This document shows, piece after piece, positions 63,288 through 64,000 of a DNA stretch of 64,000 nucleotides; the stretch's first letter is position 1; the number at the start of each line of letters is the position of its first letter. This DNA is from a virus. A model generated the notes under the pieces. It was not told where the DNA came from. It saw only the letters and a list, made by a program, of their open reading frames with translations, and ran no database searches. The stretch is taken from positions 97,482 through 161,481 of the IMG/VR virus record IMGVR_UViG_3300036791_001907. One strand, given 5' to 3'. Made by a program: the position numbers and the translations under genes.

Positions 63288-64000
63288 GGCCGGTTCTCTA
63301 CACCTGTATCACGGCGATGCGCGACCCCATCCCGCGGCCGGTTCCCAATGACCGGCTCGATCATGTGCTCTACATCGATCCCGCGGATCTCGATCTGACG
63401 ATGATCGATGTGCGGCCCTGGACCATTCGGCCGCTGGTCTGGCAGCATCCCACGGATCCGGTGCGCACAGCGCGGTGGCACAAGCACAACCCGCTGGAGT
63501 GCTTCCCGGATCACGAATACTCGATCTGGATGGACGCGAGCCACCGGCCGGTGACGGACATTTCCTGGTTCCCCGACTGGTTCCTGCACGATGCTGACAT
63601 TGCCTGTTTCCCGCACTTCGCGCGGATCAGCATCGAACAGGAAGCTGAAGAAGTCATCAAGCACGGGGCCGATGACGAGGATACGGTCCGAGCGCAGCTA
63701 GCGCGATATCGCAAGGCCGGATTCACCAGTGAGTTCGATACCGAGCTGTACGAGACCGGCGTGCTGGTGCGCCGCCACAACCGTCAGATCGATCACTTTT
63801 CCCGGGAGTGGTGGCGCGAGATCGTCCAGGGGAGCCGGCGGGATCAGCTTTCGTTCACCTATTGTCTCTGGCGGCGGCGAATGCGCTGTGTGCCGCTTGC
63901 GCCCGGCTACGCTAACCCGCTGCCGCCGCCGGGCCGCAACCAGTCCAACCCCTATTTCGCTGCGCGGAGTCATCTGGATCGTGAGGAGGACCAGCCGTGA
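63284..64000 (+). CDS. DUF616 / TOD1-MUCI70-like glycosyltransferase
   Basis: YTCIT..D, AR..K, YSIWMDAS, H..R..I.QEA, ETGVLVRRH, WW.EI...SRRDQLSF. Confidence 0.85.
   Translation: MRPVLYTCITAMRDPIPRPVPNDRLDHVLYIDPADLDLTMIDVRPWTIRPLVWQHPTDPVRTARWHKHNPLECFPDHEYSIWMDASHRPVTDISWFPDWFLHDADIACFPHFARISIEQEAEEVIKHGADDEDTVRAQLARYRKAGFTSEFDTELYETGVLVRRHNRQIDHFSREWWREIVQGSRRDQLSFTYCLWRRRMRCVPLAPGYANPLPPPGRNQSNPYFAARSHLDREEDQP

Noticed and set aside
1-64000. tRNA/rRNA genes and stop-codon reassignment
   Set aside because: No cloverleaf with T-loop context found; conserved genes are intact under the standard code and end in all three stop codons

Overview
High-GC, gene-dense segment with nearly all genes on the + strand, consistent with part of a large (possibly jumbo) dsDNA tailed-phage genome. 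A Planctomycetota-like host is inferred only from the csrA type and a Pro-rich secreted ORF. Order of modules: small accessory ORFs (1-3 kb); glycan-modification cluster 1 (sulfotransferase, two GT-A glycosyltransferases, an RGP/GT75 UDP-arabinopyranose-mutase homologue) plus csrA (3-7 kb); recombination/replication core (Mre11/SbcD, Rad50/SbcC, a degenerate IS110/Nop-like protein, a stand-alone RAMP/Cas7-like protein, SF2 helicase, DnaB, primase, UDG-fused family A polymerase, an ORF with capsid-like segments, putative SSB, RecA/UvsX; 7-28 kb); nucleotide metabolism and nucleases (ThyA with an in-frame HNH insert, DHFR, MazG, DEDDh exonuclease, RuvC, DNA methyltransferase, HNH genes; 31-41 kb); about 30 small accessory genes (41-57 kb); then an HNH gene, the probable portal and glycan-modification cluster 2 (GT-B, PhyH-type 2OG-Fe oxygenase with HxG, GT-A-like, DUF616; 58-64 kb). 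No tRNA, rRNA or CRISPR array was seen. The best candidate for an undescribed system is the adjacent IS110/Nop-like and RAMP-like gene pair, separated by a 17-bp palindrome, followed by a three-hairpin spacer, and embedded between Mre11-Rad50 and an SF2 helicase. All family assignments come from motif recognition by eye, not from database searches.
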